From assembly GCA_025786725.1 (NCBI GenBank), contig JAHLTZ010000006.1:434001-498000 (forward strand): a DNA stretch of 64,000 nt, given 5' to 3'. The notes below the pieces were generated by a model that saw only the letters and a program-made list of their open reading frames with translations, ran no database searches and had not been told where the DNA came from. Shown in pieces: positions 27,415 through 41,366 of this stretch. Numbering within the stretch: the stretch's first letter is position 1; each line of letters starts with the position of its first letter. Both the position numbers and the translations under genes were made by a program. The stretch comes from Syncephalis fuscata S228. Lineage: Eukaryota > Fungi > Zoopagomycota.

Positions 27415-30400
27415 TTAAGGTGGTTGTGATGTAATTGAATGATGGTTATCGTTATCACGTTTAGTATGAGCAGCAAATAAATCTAATAATCGACCTGATC
27501 GTTTTACTGGTGTCTCTTGTATAATTAAATCATGTTGTTGTTGTTGTTGTATTGATGGATAATGATGTGTTCGATGTGTACTGGGTGATCCCATCAATTG
27601 TTGTAATATTAAATCATCTTCATCGTTATTAATATCTTTATGATTAGTTAACGTTTTACGGCCTTGTGGTGTTTTAGACAATAGCCATGGTGCTCGTCGT
27701 TGACGACTAGGTGTTCTTAATTCATCTACAGTATTGGCTGAATGATGTCTAGTAGGACCTGGTCTACTCTCACTAGGTCCTATATCATCGGTGTAGCGCA
27801 TAGATAACTAGAATATATATATGTATATACGCATTATATTTATATATGTCATAGTATTAATACATTGAATAGCTGTATAAATAAATAAATTACCGGAGAT
27901 TCAGGCACTAAACAATTACGTATACGATTTGAACAAGGCGTGCCTATTACACATTAGTATGTATTTCTATTAAATAAATACAGTATTATAATATTTACCT
28001 GTAATAGAGTAACCAATTGATTCACGCTCTACACCACCACTATTACTACTACCACTATCATTACTAGTATTAGTAGGTATAGATACGTTGGATCTCTTTG
28101 ACAAGAATGATGGTATAGAGGGTGTAGATGATGTAGTCGATACACTACTGGCTGATGAATGTCTTCTTGATCGGATTTGTTGTCGTTTCTCTAGTTTAGC
28201 CTGTACTACTTTTGGATCAAGATAGACTTGTCGATGATGAAAGGGAAACTTGCCATTATTAACACCATGTCTTGCTGGAATACAGTCAGGATCATGTCGA
28301 CGTCTACGGCGAATAGACCGTTGGGTTGATTTCTTCTCTGATAGTAATAGCGATTCAATGTCTGGGGATTGATTACTACGACGCGTGTTACGTGATCGTT
28401 TACCCAATACGGCACGTATTGTTGATGGCTGAGGTGAATTGACTAATGGATCTGGTTCATCATGTTCATAGTACGGTACAGTATATCGAGTAATAATGGT
28501 AATTGTTGTTTATAGCTAGATAGATATATGAATAGATGTCAAGTAATGACATAGATTACTTACATTGGTAAAAGTCCATCGTAGAATACTTCAAGTGGAT
28601 TTGTTTTATGAGAACTATTATACATAGTAGATGGCAATAAATTGGATCGTGCTATGGGAGTGTGATCAATAAAACTGGCCCATATACACAATTTATCAGC
28701 CCATAATTGCATTTGTTGTTGATCGGTTGTTTCTACATCTTGAATTCGTATTAACGTTTTCTGTCTTAACCAGGCTGTTTCCAGTAATAATACAATCTGT
28801 AATTCAACTCTATAACAATTATATCATTATTATTAAAATGTTAATATAGTACTCATATTGTTAGTATCATAGTATTAATTGTATCTATATTAATAGTTTA
28901 CCCTATTAATTTAAGCCATCCAAATGAGGTTGATCGTTGAGTGGCTAGTTCAAAATAATCTTTTTCTTTAATATCAATCCATGATAAATCATCTTCGGTT
29001 ACAGTTTCCTTTCCTTTCTTTCTCTGTTTTAGTGCAGCAGTTATCTTATTTAATCGATTGGTCAATGCTTCTACTGTCATTATTAAACTATTTGCCCATT
29101 CATATAGCTATATTGATATTAATTATTCATATACTAATTATATTAAACATAGAGTTATTTACCTGTTCAATAGGCCATTCTTTACTTATAAACAATTCAC
29201 GTTTATGTGATAGTTCATTAATAAATGATGTTATTGTCATAGACTGGTTATATTATAATATATTATAATTAATTAATATATATATATATATACACTAGTA
29301 ATACGGATTATTGTAATCTTACCTTTTCTTCTTCTTCTTTATCTAGTTGATAGAACGTTATATAATACAAATGAAATAGTTGTTCAATGGCCTCGTTACT
29401 ATTTAATGGTAATTGCTTCTTCTTTAATTCCATCTCATTCTTTCTCTTTTCTTCATTAATTATCCATCTAATATCGTGTATATATATATATATATATAAT
29501 TATTATAACTACTAATATACTACTATTATGAATTACTTACTGTTGACGATGTTTTATATAAGATAATGCTTTATCTCTCTTTAATTGTTGCAATGGTTCT
29601 TGATCAAGTAAACAAGTACTTGATTGATGTTGTATACCTTTAATAGTCGAATTAAAATGACTATACTTTGACTGTAACCATCGATGTACTCTTGATGAAT
29701 CAGCCATTGTACATTCACCCCACCAATACTCCATTATTGCTGGTTCAAATGTTAATTCATTAGAATCTTAAATAATTGATATTAATTAGTATTTATAATG
29801 AACTAGTTAATTAATAGACCTACCTGATACATCATGTTGATTAGGAGTTGTATTGATATTCTATTATTCATCAATTTCACTACTAAATACATTGAATTGT
29901 TACTTACCTTTAATACTTGTTGATATGTATCAGTAATACCGTAGAAACAACCAATGGTAGATGTCAATGCTAGCCATAATCCATACTTAAATGGTATATC
30001 CTCATTATCATTACTAGTTGATTGTAATGAAACCAGTAAACACTGTTGAGCTGTTTGTAATCGCTGTATTATTTGATAGAACCACAATCGACCTATACTT
30101 GATACAGTATCTGTAATACACAATAATGGACGTCCAATCCATAAATGTGGTTTATCATTTAAATCCACTTTAAATGTTGTATTGAGTACTTGAAACCAAT
30201 CAATTTGTTGTAAATCAATCTTTTCCATAATATTGAATTGTATTCCCCTAATGATTAGTAATTAGTAATTAATATTGATTAGTTACTATGTGACATGATA
30301 GACTTACGGATAATTTAGACTACAATTATTCTTATTTTCAATTAAATCATAAAATATTAATTGAATCGGTTCAACTGATTTGTCGTTAGATATAACTGGA

Positions 30401-31534
30401 TGCCATTGTACTTGTAATACAGGTATTCTACTTTTTGTATATCATTACTGGGTAGTACTCTATCCATAGTAGTTGATCTAAATTCTTTTACTCGATAATG
30501 TCTGAAATAAGCAGAAAATGGCAATAGTGATTGCATTCTATGCCATAGTGTACTATCAAGTAATCTACCCTCATAGTGCTGTACGATACACGCTAATCCT
30601 TTTTTAATTTCCTCGGCAATCTATATAATAGTAATTAGTAATATTACTGGTTATACTAATATTGTATACTTACTATGCTATGCGGTCTATTTAATTCATT
30701 AGATGATATTAACCACCAATTAAATGATATACGCTCTTCATCGATCAACTGTTGTTTAATCATGTCTTGTTGTTGATCAGTCATTATATCAATCCATTCC
30801 CGTTGAATATATTCCGATAGAAATGCCCTATCTTCCAATGGTCCTGTAAATGTAGGATCCATTAATTGCAGCTCTTCTTTATTACACGGTAACTGTCCCA
30901 TAACATAAACGTAATTTTTAACAAATCGCCGTCTATCTCTATTACGCATCGCATGGACTGGTGTTTGAAAGTGATCATGAACGCTTGATTCATTCCATTT
31001 AATGATCTGTTGAGGTATTTGTTTTAACATTCAGTCCATCCACTAGCAAATGATGTTGTTGATGTTGAACCTATTGGTTTTATAGAAGGTGGATGTTGAA
31101 TAGCCTTATTAAGCGTATATTTTAATAGATCAATAGATTCTCTATTTACAGGCATTAAGTAGTCATTAGAGCCACTACTACTACTACTATTAGTATTATT
31201 AGTATTATTATTATTATTGGTGTTGTTGATAGATAATCGATTGGTAGGCTTATTGGGTTCATTCATTGGTTGAGGACACGTCCATTGTTGTGTTGCTGGA
31301 TGATATAGCCTAAATGTAGATATACAGTCAAGGTTTTTATACCGTTAATGGTCAATAGTTAATAAACAGAAAAGGATATGTCCATTGAATACGGCTATCA
31401 ACATATCGTGATAAATAGACGAGTGTTTGTACGAGACAGTTGACGAGTGATTCTACAGAAACTGATGTCGTTGTCGTCAACAATATACTACTGTCAATAA
31501 TAAATAGCGCTCTAGGTGTTGACCGCACTCTCAT
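27415..31534 (-). CDS. SLD3: Treslin/TICRR-Sld3-like replication origin-firing factor, multi-exon
   Basis: Sld3-core-like RVELQIVLLLE...LWADKLCIWASF...EVFYDGLLPM (28560-28810). C-terminal S/T-P sites (LVPESP, IIQETPVKR). N-terminal exons resemble the Treslin vWA region. Start codon uncertain. Confidence 0.72.
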
Positions 31535-31743
31535 AGACGGTGAACCAAACACCCATTGAGCAGTTTCCGTATTATTACGACGCGTATTCTGACCATGTTT
31601 GTTATACGGACAAGTATCGGTTGAATTCAAGTTATCATAGTGAAAAATTAATAAAATGTAAAAAAAAGGCATACCAAATGTTTATTATGTATTATTATTA
31701 TTATAATTATTATAATTACTGTATTTATTATTTATTAATACTT

Positions 31744-33494
31744 TTACCACTCTTCCAATTCATCGGGAATACTGCCCGTCATACGCACTAGACAGTGAGC
31801 GATATTGAGGGCGGTATCCACCATGAATCCACGGTAAAGACCTTGAATACCCCATGAATCCCACCAAGATACAGGAGATAGTGGCTTTTCATGATCTTTA
31901 CTAGAGGGAGAACTGCGATGGCGTGGCATAGGACGTGGTGTACGTCGACCGCCTTCTTCCGTTACAATACGGTAGAAACAGTCCCAGAAGCCGCGATAGT
32001 TACGACCAACACCTACACAGGTCTCCAGCTCACGTCCTCCGCCATAGGCTTGTACTTGTAAACGGCGTCGAATGGTTTCTACAGGACGTATAATGGCTAG
32101 ACCCATCGTATTTAGCCCAAGTTCCCAAAGAGCAAATCGCGTTGGTGCGTCAGCAGCCGAAATGCCCACGCATCGATCAATAATAAGTGGTGCAGCATGG
32201 CGTAGTACGGGTGTCACTGTATATACAATCATCGTGGGCAGCAATAAACTAGAAGAAAAGTAGAGTGACCAAAGAGATCCACGATGTTCACCGGAAATGA
32301 TATCGACCAATGCTTGAATAGGATTGCTATATCGACGATGTTGCGGATGACTTGTCTGGGCAATCATACTAATAGTGGTATTAACAATAGTGTAAATATA
32401 CTAAATAAATAATGCTTACCGGGTACGTATAAGATCTAATGGACTAAGTAACCAGCCAGTAATTAAGTGACTGCCCACCATAGTAGCAAAATTGGGAAAT
32501 GCCCGATCTAAATGCTGTAGAGGAATTGTATCGTCATAGAGTCCGAAAAAGTCATTCATATAACCTTCAAATGTTGGTTGAATCATTTCATGGCTCATTT
32601 CACGAATCCAGTGTGTAGTTTGACCTACGTATTATAAATGAGTGTCAAGCGTATATGTACGATAAAGGACTGTACCTTTCCATAGTGAAAATACGCCTTC
32701 ATCATCATGACGCCAAATTGTTTTAATCATGGATAGTGCACCACCCTGCACTGGATAGAATTGATAGGTGGGTCGAGTAGCATCTCGGTAAGGATTGGTG
32801 GCGGTAATATAGCCTGAAACATCAGTGGATAGACCGCGTTTATTACGCGATGCACCAGTTGAGCTTGGTGTTGGTTTAGGCGGCTTCTTTGGTGAACGTG
32901 GACCTGTACGGCGTCGTGGATCGTAGTATTCAGGATCATCCGAGTCGAAAGTACGATCCGACTACATCCATAGTGTTAGTTTGTTGTTAATATTAATAAA
33001 AGTACAAATGTTATATCGTTATAAATACTTACTAAGTAAAGATCGGATCTATCGGATAGACGGGCGTCTTCGTCTTCGTCGTCGTCATATTGCTCTTCGT
33101 CGGACGAAATAAGTAATCGGGCTCGCTCTTGTTGTTGTAATTGATAAAGCGCGGCATCACTGGGCAGCCATTGGATTTGCACGAGGGTGGCTGCCACTTC
33201 AAATGGCGACATCGCCGCCAAGGAAAGATATTTTAACATGGCAAACGAGCCTAATTGTCGGCCTGGTGTTGAAGCATTCGTGCCGAATGAAAAGCGATCG
33301 CGTACTGAAGACGTGGTGGAAGACGCGGCCGCTTGATCTTCAAGGCCACGGTAGTAATCCATTGTGGCTTCGCGTGGATCGCGACTAGGCGGCACAAATT
33401 GCGTTGGTTGTGTACGAAGCGGGTCAGATAGTTTAGGCCGAAATGCTTCGTAAACATACTCGGGTGGAGGGGGAGGAGCCCCAAAGTCTGTCAT
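31744..33494 (-). CDS. UGO1: Mitochondrial outer-membrane fusion protein Ugo1 (SLC25A46-like)
   Basis: SPFEVAATLVQIQWLP, DEGVFSLWKG, LLSPLDLIRTRMIAQ, RPVETIRRRLQVQ and GIQGLYRG are degenerate carrier motifs, with the acidic loop typical of Ugo1. Confidence 0.88.
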
Positions 33495-33727
33495 ATTGTC
33501 AAACTATATCCTACTACTACAGCTACTACTACTACCAGTAATATGAATGACAATATAAATAATAAAGATAATAAAATAGTTGTTTAACGTGGCAATCACC
33601 GCTGTAGAACGTAAAAGGTGCTTTTTCGAGTCAAGCAGAAGAAAGAAGGTGTGACGCTAACGATAGCGGAAGTTAAAATAGTATTTTCTTCTTCCTTGGT
33701 TTCCGTCGTAATATTCAATTTTACAAA

Positions 33728-35068
33728 ATGTTGCACGGGCGCTGGCCGCGCTTATTAAGTCGGTCCAATGTATTAACGCACAATACAGCTAGTAATGGAC
33801 AACAAACGAGTAGCCAGTTGATATTTAATACGAGTAAGTAACTATTGGCATAATATATACATATACATATACATATACATATTATTATTATTATATAGCA
33901 CTACAGACGCGATCAGCCTCTACTCAAGGCCCAGCTAGTGGCATCGCAATCAACTCACCGGCCGAACGGTATGCCAGCAAACTCAAGTCTCGAGTAGGCC
34001 TGTGAGCATCTCGGACATTGTTTAATACACTTATTTATATATATATATATTATAGAGATGCAAAGCAACTTCGATCCACTTCGGCCCAGACTAATAGCGC
34101 AGACTATTATCGGCAAAAATACGCAGATAAGCTTAAAGAAAAAGCAGCAAGGTAAAATAGAATAATATGTAAAATAACTGTTAATAAATATGCTATCTAG
34201 CATGGGTGTATCAGTTGAAGAGCTGGAGAAAAAAGCGCAACAAGAACGAGCGAAACGTGAACAAAATACATTGAAAATGGCCCGCGAAAAGGAATTAGGA
34301 GAGCCAGCATTACCGCCACTACTGCAGAGACCAGTCATTCTTCAACTATATCGGAAATTGGTTCAAAGGCATCTACAACCAATGCTAAAGAGCAAGTAAC
34401 AGAGGAAGGGCCCAATGGTGTTAAGGTAAATCATTATTAATAAGTCAATAATTATTTTATTTATTTTATAATAGCCATTGGATAAAATAGTAAAATTAGA
34501 ATTATTGATGGATAAAAATACCGAGGCCATTACAACTATTTGGAATCAGCATCATTCGAGTAAGCGTGGATTATCGGCCGTGATACCTGCTGATACTTAT
34601 CGGAATCTATTGGCTCGGGCCCGAGAATTTCCATCAGTAAGTGCACGACTATATTAACAATAAATACAAAATGCTAATTATTTATCATAGTTTATACTGC
34701 CATTGCCACGCAATGAAGGTGTCGAATTCTTCTGGCTTCAATTTAGTGGGCATCAGTGCTATTTTACATCATTAGCCGAGTATAAACTACACGCAGAACA
34801 CGCACGTCCCTACCTTATACTTACTCACTATCCAGAATTAATGGATAGTAAGCAAGTTGTGTTGATGCGAGGTGAACTTGGCGATACTGAATCTGCTAGT
34901 CAGTCAGTGCCAATGACTACAGATGATGCACGTCTACTCGTCTATATGTTGCAAGACTTTTACGTAACAGGATCGAAAGATAAACAGTCTTTGGTTGAGC
35001 GCTTCCATCGTCAACCAGAGACATTTAAGTTTGAAGATCTTGTGGATGCAGTAAATCGTCTTGGCTGA
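33728..35068 (+). CDS. ATP11: Mitochondrial F1-ATPase assembly chaperone Atp11
   Basis: Basic presequence, KYADKLKEK, VKPLDKIVKLELL..KNTEAITTIW, LSAVIP, FILPLPRNEGVEFFWLQF, FTSLAEYK, LMRGE and LQDFY. Confidence 0.93.
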
Positions 35069-35138
35069 AATAAAAGTTATTATTGCTAGTATTTGAAAAT
35101 GTATAGTAAATATTGATTTAATAAATAAAATAAAACAT

Positions 35139-38100
35139 TTATTTATAGCTATGTTTAGCCATAGACGTTAATGATATCAGGGACACAAAACCGTAATTTG
35201 GTTGGGTTATCTGATTCCAATGGTTGTGTATTGGCTTGAATACGCCAGATAGCTTTATAGGTTGTGATATCAGGTAATTTTTTGGTGCATCGCTCTTGCC
35301 TTCACGCGCCCGCCTCCAGTAGTCCATGTTAACCATTTTATGTGCATCTTTAGCTGCTTCTTTAACCAATTCGTGCAACTGGCGTAGTTCAATAGATTTA
35401 CGTGATATGTTTAATGTTGTAATTTGTGAATGAGCAGCCATCATTGTTTCTTTTATCGCAATAAGATTGGAGTTTAGCGACGGAATGTTTTTGCTAACCG
35501 TACCATATGAATAATTGCATGAAAGTGCTGTCTCAATATTTGATCTGCATAATAACGATAAGGCATTAATGGCTCACTGCTGCAAAAATTACTGAGTGCT
35601 AATTGTTGACTAAATTCGTAAGCAATGATACCAGTACCATTCTCGGTCATTAACAACGACCAAAGTTCATTTTGTCGAATTATAGCAATCATTTGAGTAA
35701 TAATAGATGGCATTTTGTTTTTAATAGCCAAGTGTAATGGTAACTCGCAATTAGCATCATATATATTTAGTACGCTGGCATCAGGTAACAGTTTAATAAT
35801 GACTTTGGCCGTATTGGAGTCTGTTTTGCTCACAGCAATGGCTAGTGGTGTCTGAAGACAGCCAGTTGCACGCGATGACATTAGTTGACGCCATTCATCA
35901 GCGGTTACTTTGCTAGCGATGTGACGTAATGTTTCATGATGGTCATGGTATCTAGTAAAATGCATAATTGTTAGTTAAATAATACAAAGTATTAATAATA
36001 ATACTTACGCAGCAAAATGTGCAATGTTCCAGCCTTTGTAGGTAGCCAATGGATTGGCACCAAATTCAACTAAAGTATCAAAAGACTCGAGTTGATTATT
36101 AGCAATGGCCAAGTAGATAGGTCGAACTAGATTGCCCTTATCATTAAATTCAAGCAGTTGCTTGAACTTTGACGGGTCATGACTATATAGTTGTTGGTAA
36201 TGCTGAATTATAAATCGCAAAGCATCTGGCTGATTGGCCGCAACAGCAATGTGGATTGGTGTTGGCTTGTTGATTGAGTCCACCCCTATTAAACGCTTTG
36301 TGGCATCTTCCAATTCGGTATCTGTTTTTAACACTGATGTACGGCGATCTTGCGGATGTTTTTGCGCAAATCGCCGAAGAGCATGGGTAGGCCGATCACT
36401 AAGCAAATACGCCATACTACGATGATTGTTTGCTGAGATGGCGAGGTGTAATAATGGTAAATCTTTTGGATCACGATTGTCCGGATTGTGTTTGTTGATC
36501 CAGCTTAGCTTCTTCTTTCCGTCGACGTTCAGTCCGAGGTAGTTTTCTTTAATGTTTAGTTTAGTTTCAGGATCAATCTCGTCACAATCGCGATAAATGT
36601 TAACTCCAGAGAAACTATCGCCAGCGGCACATTCTCTGTAATATATATGAACATAAATAGCGATTAGTCAATTGAATTATTTTGTATTAATGGGTGCTTA
36701 CTCAATGAATAAATCGATAATTTCTTCGTGTCCAAGCAACACCGCTAATGAGTAGAGAAAAATGCCGTTATCGCCGTATTGCCGTAGGAGTTGCCGCGCT
36801 CACTGCTTATTAATGCTTGTACAGCATCTGATTGAACCTTTGTGTCCAAATCCAATCCTAAAATATTGCATTAATTAGTTGTCTAAATTAATCATACTAT
36901 TGTTAATATTTACCATTTTCAAGCTTCTTTGTCGCATTTAATAAAGCACGAACCAATTCAAGATCGCCACGAATTACCGCAATCTGTAACGGAGTTAGTG
37001 CTTTGAAAATACTTTTCAAAGGCTTTACACCATTATTTTGATTTGGATTATATTCAATCCAACCATCAGGAAGAATAGAACCCAAATAAATACTATGCTG
37101 GCCTGTAAGCAAATTCTTTGGAAGCATATGATTGACTAATGGCTTATATGGCACTTCTGGTAAGTCATGGTCCCGTATTCTTTGAAGTTCATCCTCGTCC
37201 TCATCATCATCATCATCACCTGTATCAGCATTCTCTTCTTCGCTATAGTATTCATCATCATCTTCACTATCGGAAGCTAATTTGTCAAGTTTAAAACATA
37301 CGTTAATCACAATAATCTAAATAATAATGCTAGTAACTTACACACTCTTAAAGTATAATTATTAATGGCCTTTTCTTTGCGGTCATTTTTTCTGATTTAA
37401 CTTTTGGCGTGTACTGTTTGTCGGCAATCTCAATAATTAACGATGCCATTTCAGCATGTCCACGTAAACAAGCAATCGATAGTAGTGACTGGCTATTTTG
37501 ATCATACACACCAATATGAAGTAAATGTTGTTCGGATGTGTGTTTTACAGGGGATGTAAGGCGTTTTACGGTAGCAATGTCATTATTCCATACGGCATTA
37601 AATAGGCCATAATAAGTATCTTGCTCTTCTTGGCATACAGACATTTAATAACACCTGAGGTAATATTTGGTAATGTATACGCAAATATTTGTGGAATCTC
37701 TGGTTTGCTTTCTTTGGTGTCGGTTACTCTAGAATCAGCGACTTTTTTGTCGTAAGATGTGGATGTATTTTCCGATCGATGTCGCTTGTTTTGCTGCTCT
37801 TCCTCTGACTCTGGGAATAGCTCACTATAATGTTTTGCATTGTATGAAATAAAATAATCGCGACGAATATTCAGTTTTTTTAGCTTTTTTTGCTCGTCAA
37901 CAACATATTTCTTTTGGTAGGATTCAACATAATTATTATCTTTAGCTTTAAGAGGAGCATCAACTGGCTTTCGTAGGCTATAATATGCTTTATCCCAACA
38001 GTAACGCTCATAGGTATCATGTTCACATGCGTTAAATTGATCCAGATAAACCTGTGTAGGGTCCTGTTGGTTTTCTGATGATTTTGTAGATGCTGTTGAT

Positions 38101-41100
38101 TTTGCTGATGCTTTTGACTGAAGTGTGCTAAGTTTCTGCTCTACAGCACGAATATCGGTTTCAATTTTATCAAGAATTGTTAACTGCATGCCAGAAATGT
38201 TAGGGCTATAAGGTATATTAATATCAATGTTTAAGGGTACTAAGAGTTTGTACAAATCATTTTCATATGTGTAAATGATTGGCTGGACAATTCTTTTAAC
38301 CATAAATTCAGCGACTTGTTCTGGATTTAAATGATGATGTTCGGTAGCCTGCGGAGATGAAGTAAAATTATTAGTACCAAATCCGTGGTTAAGTTGTGGT
38401 TTAGGTAAATTCAGGCTGTTTTTGGCTTCTTGTTCCATAGCAGAGTAATACTGCTTATTTACTCGTAGAAATGCTCTACAGTCGTCAATATCGATTTGTG
38501 GCTAGTAAACAGAACAGTTAGCTATTTTTGTTGTATTATTGTCATTACCAAATATGACAATTATAAATTATAAATTATAATTACCTTTGCACCATTTTTT
38601 AGTAACAATTCGACTACATCTTGATTTTCCACATTAAGAGCTTCACACAGTGGTGATTTAAATTGAGCATTCAAGGAATTGACTAAAGAAAGTGGATTCT
38701 TAGCCGCACTTATAAAAAGCTCAATAAATTGGAAACGGCCATATTTAATTGCTGCATGAAATATTGATTCGCTGTTATGATTCAGCTGATATAATCAAAC
38801 ATGAGTATTGTTTTTAGCCATATATTATTTTATAACTTACCTGTGTTGGTCTTGCACCCTTGCTAATAAGATATTTGGCAACTTCTAAACTTGTTTCCGT
38901 ATCCTTAATTGCCATGCTTAAAGTCAATGGATAGTAAATTAATCGTCGTGCTTTAAACTTGATAACTCGACATGGATCTGCGCCAGCATCGATAAGTACT
39001 TTAACAACATCCAAATTTCCATAAAATACAGCGTGTTCCATAGCTGTCAGCTATGTAATTTAAACATAATTAAATTAGCATTTACTTAATTTGGTAGCTA
39101 ATTATGCAATATTTTACCTGAAAATCCCAATCGACCACACTAATATCGATAATGTCATCATCAATTTCTTCTGGTTCCAATTTCTCCGTCTCTCCATCAG
39201 CTTCCTGGTCCCAGTTGATTCTGCCTGGATAGTCGCTGAGCTCGTGTTTCTCAATAATATCAATTGAGCTGGCTTCACTGGCGGTATCGCTAACAACATC
39301 TTCCATTGCTGCTGATTCACGCGCTTCCTTTGCTTTGCGATTCTCTTCACTGCGGGCAAGAAGTAGTCGGATAATCTCACTATCTCCTTGCTGAGCTGCC
39401 AAATGTAAAACGGTTCTGCCGTCGGCAACACGTGCACAAATACGCGCACCTTGGTCAATCAAAAATGCTGCTACATCCCGATGCCCTTCAAGAACTGCCA
39501 ATTGCAATGGTGTTCGGCCAACGTGATCACGAATGTTGACATCGACTGTCGGTGTATTTGCATTATCTTGTGGTTCTTCCGATACCATTATTACATCTTG
39601 TACATGATCTGTGCCATCCAATTCGGCGACATTAGCTTTAGCTGGTTGGATGCTGTTTAAAAGCTGTTTCACAGTGTCCAGATCACCATTGGATGCTGCG
39701 GCACAAAGATCATTGCACGGCTGCTTAATGTAAGCCTCCGCTGACCAGTCGCCATCAGTGATAGGATGAAATGATCCAATTGCCTGACGTCCAGGATCAT
39801 CTTTTATAAAGCTGATAGTGCCTTGCACATAAATATCAAGTTCGTTCTGGTGTGGTTTATCTTCTTCTGCTAATTTGGTAACATCAGGGCAATAACCGCA
39901 GCAGTCATTCATGACTTCTTCCATAGTACCGAAAAAGCAAGGATGGCGATGGAATTTAATGCTGCGGCCTTTGTTCTTGGTATACCATGGTGAATTAAGC
40001 ACTACGTCTTTAGTGTACAGCTGTTTAACAGTATTGCCAGCATGCCATCTTGGACCATATGGCAAATGGACCGTTTCATAATCGTTATTGTCAGCCTCTA
40101 GCGCTTTCAAATCACCTTGGCGATCTTTTGCAGCATAGCTGCCAGCATTTTTATGTGCTGGTCGCTTGCGCTGTTCGCGTCGCATTTCTAAAAATTTATA
40201 TCGAACTTCTGGTGTGGCCAGTTCTTCCAGAACTAATAAACGAGCAAGTCCGTATAATTTCTCAAAGCCACGTTCATAGATTGTAGGATCGATGCGTTGG
40301 CGGTCCAATCCTGGAACGTGAATCTGTAGTAAACTATGTCAGTTTCTATTCGTTATTAATATATTAAATTCAGTTATAAATACCTCAAACCCACGCTTTG
40401 CATATTTTGCTAAACGAACTTCATAAGATGGCGAACGGCGTGTCATATCCACGCTATTCTGCTGACGAATAAACGCCTCTCGAGCGCGTGGTAAAGCCCA
40501 CACCTTTTTACCATCAAATCCAACAGAACAGCAATCAACGTCAAATCCCATTAAAACTTCGGCTGGGCTACGGTAAAGACGAAGGATGATCTGAATGTGT
40601 CGATATGGATATTGCGACACTAGAGTAACGACATTTTTACTACGAATGCACGTCACCTCCCATGGAATGCTAAAAGACATTGTTATTACTGGTCTGTTTG
40701 AATACAGTAAATATTGTATAGCCTACCTATCGCGCACTGATGTATAGATTTCGTCCATTTTAATTTTCGCTTGTTCTTCATCTAAGCCATAGATAAACAG
40801 ATCAATATCTGAACCACCATATGCTGTACTGTGGTAATATTGACGTATTTGGCTATAAGTTGCCGAGTGTTCTTTTGGTATTGGCAGCAGACATGCATTG
40901 ACCGCACCACCTAGTACCAATTGATTAGAAAAATGGATACTGCAGTCTTTAATTGATAATTACCTGCAACAAATACGTTATTCCAGTTAAGATTTTCCAG
41001 ACTGTTTTCGGTAAATAGACGCCAGTTACGACGAAACTGGTCCATTTTTTCAGAACAAATGGCCAGTTCGCCTGGCTTACGGCGCTCGTTTTCTTTCAGT

Positions 41101-41366
41101 GGCATCACGACACCATATCCAGTCTTTTCGAGCTCGTCCTTTGGAACTGTTTCTTGATGGTACCATAGCTCTGGATGCTGAAAAACATCAAGCAGCGATA
41201 CATACGGATTGCGCAGGCGATGGCCATCCGGCTGTTGGGCAAACTGTTGGCGAAATCCGGCCTCAGAGATCAGTGCGTTTTTTAATGCCTCAGCTGGATT
41301 GTTGGCATTTTGCTCTAAAAAAGCACGAATAGTTGCATCGGGATAGCTTAAGCTAGCTTCTGGCAT
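35139..41366 (-). CDS. Large protein with N-terminal nucleotidyltransferase-like domain and many ankyrin repeats, multi-exon
   Basis: VFVAG|GAVNACL...SDIDLFIYG...HIQIILRLYRSPAEVLMGFDVDCC...YEVRLAKYAKRGF, then ankyrin repeats (GRTPLQLAVLEGH, GRTVLHLAAQQGD, TPLQIAVIRGD, TPIHIAVAANQ, TPLAIAV, LPLHLAIKN). Confidence 0.88.
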
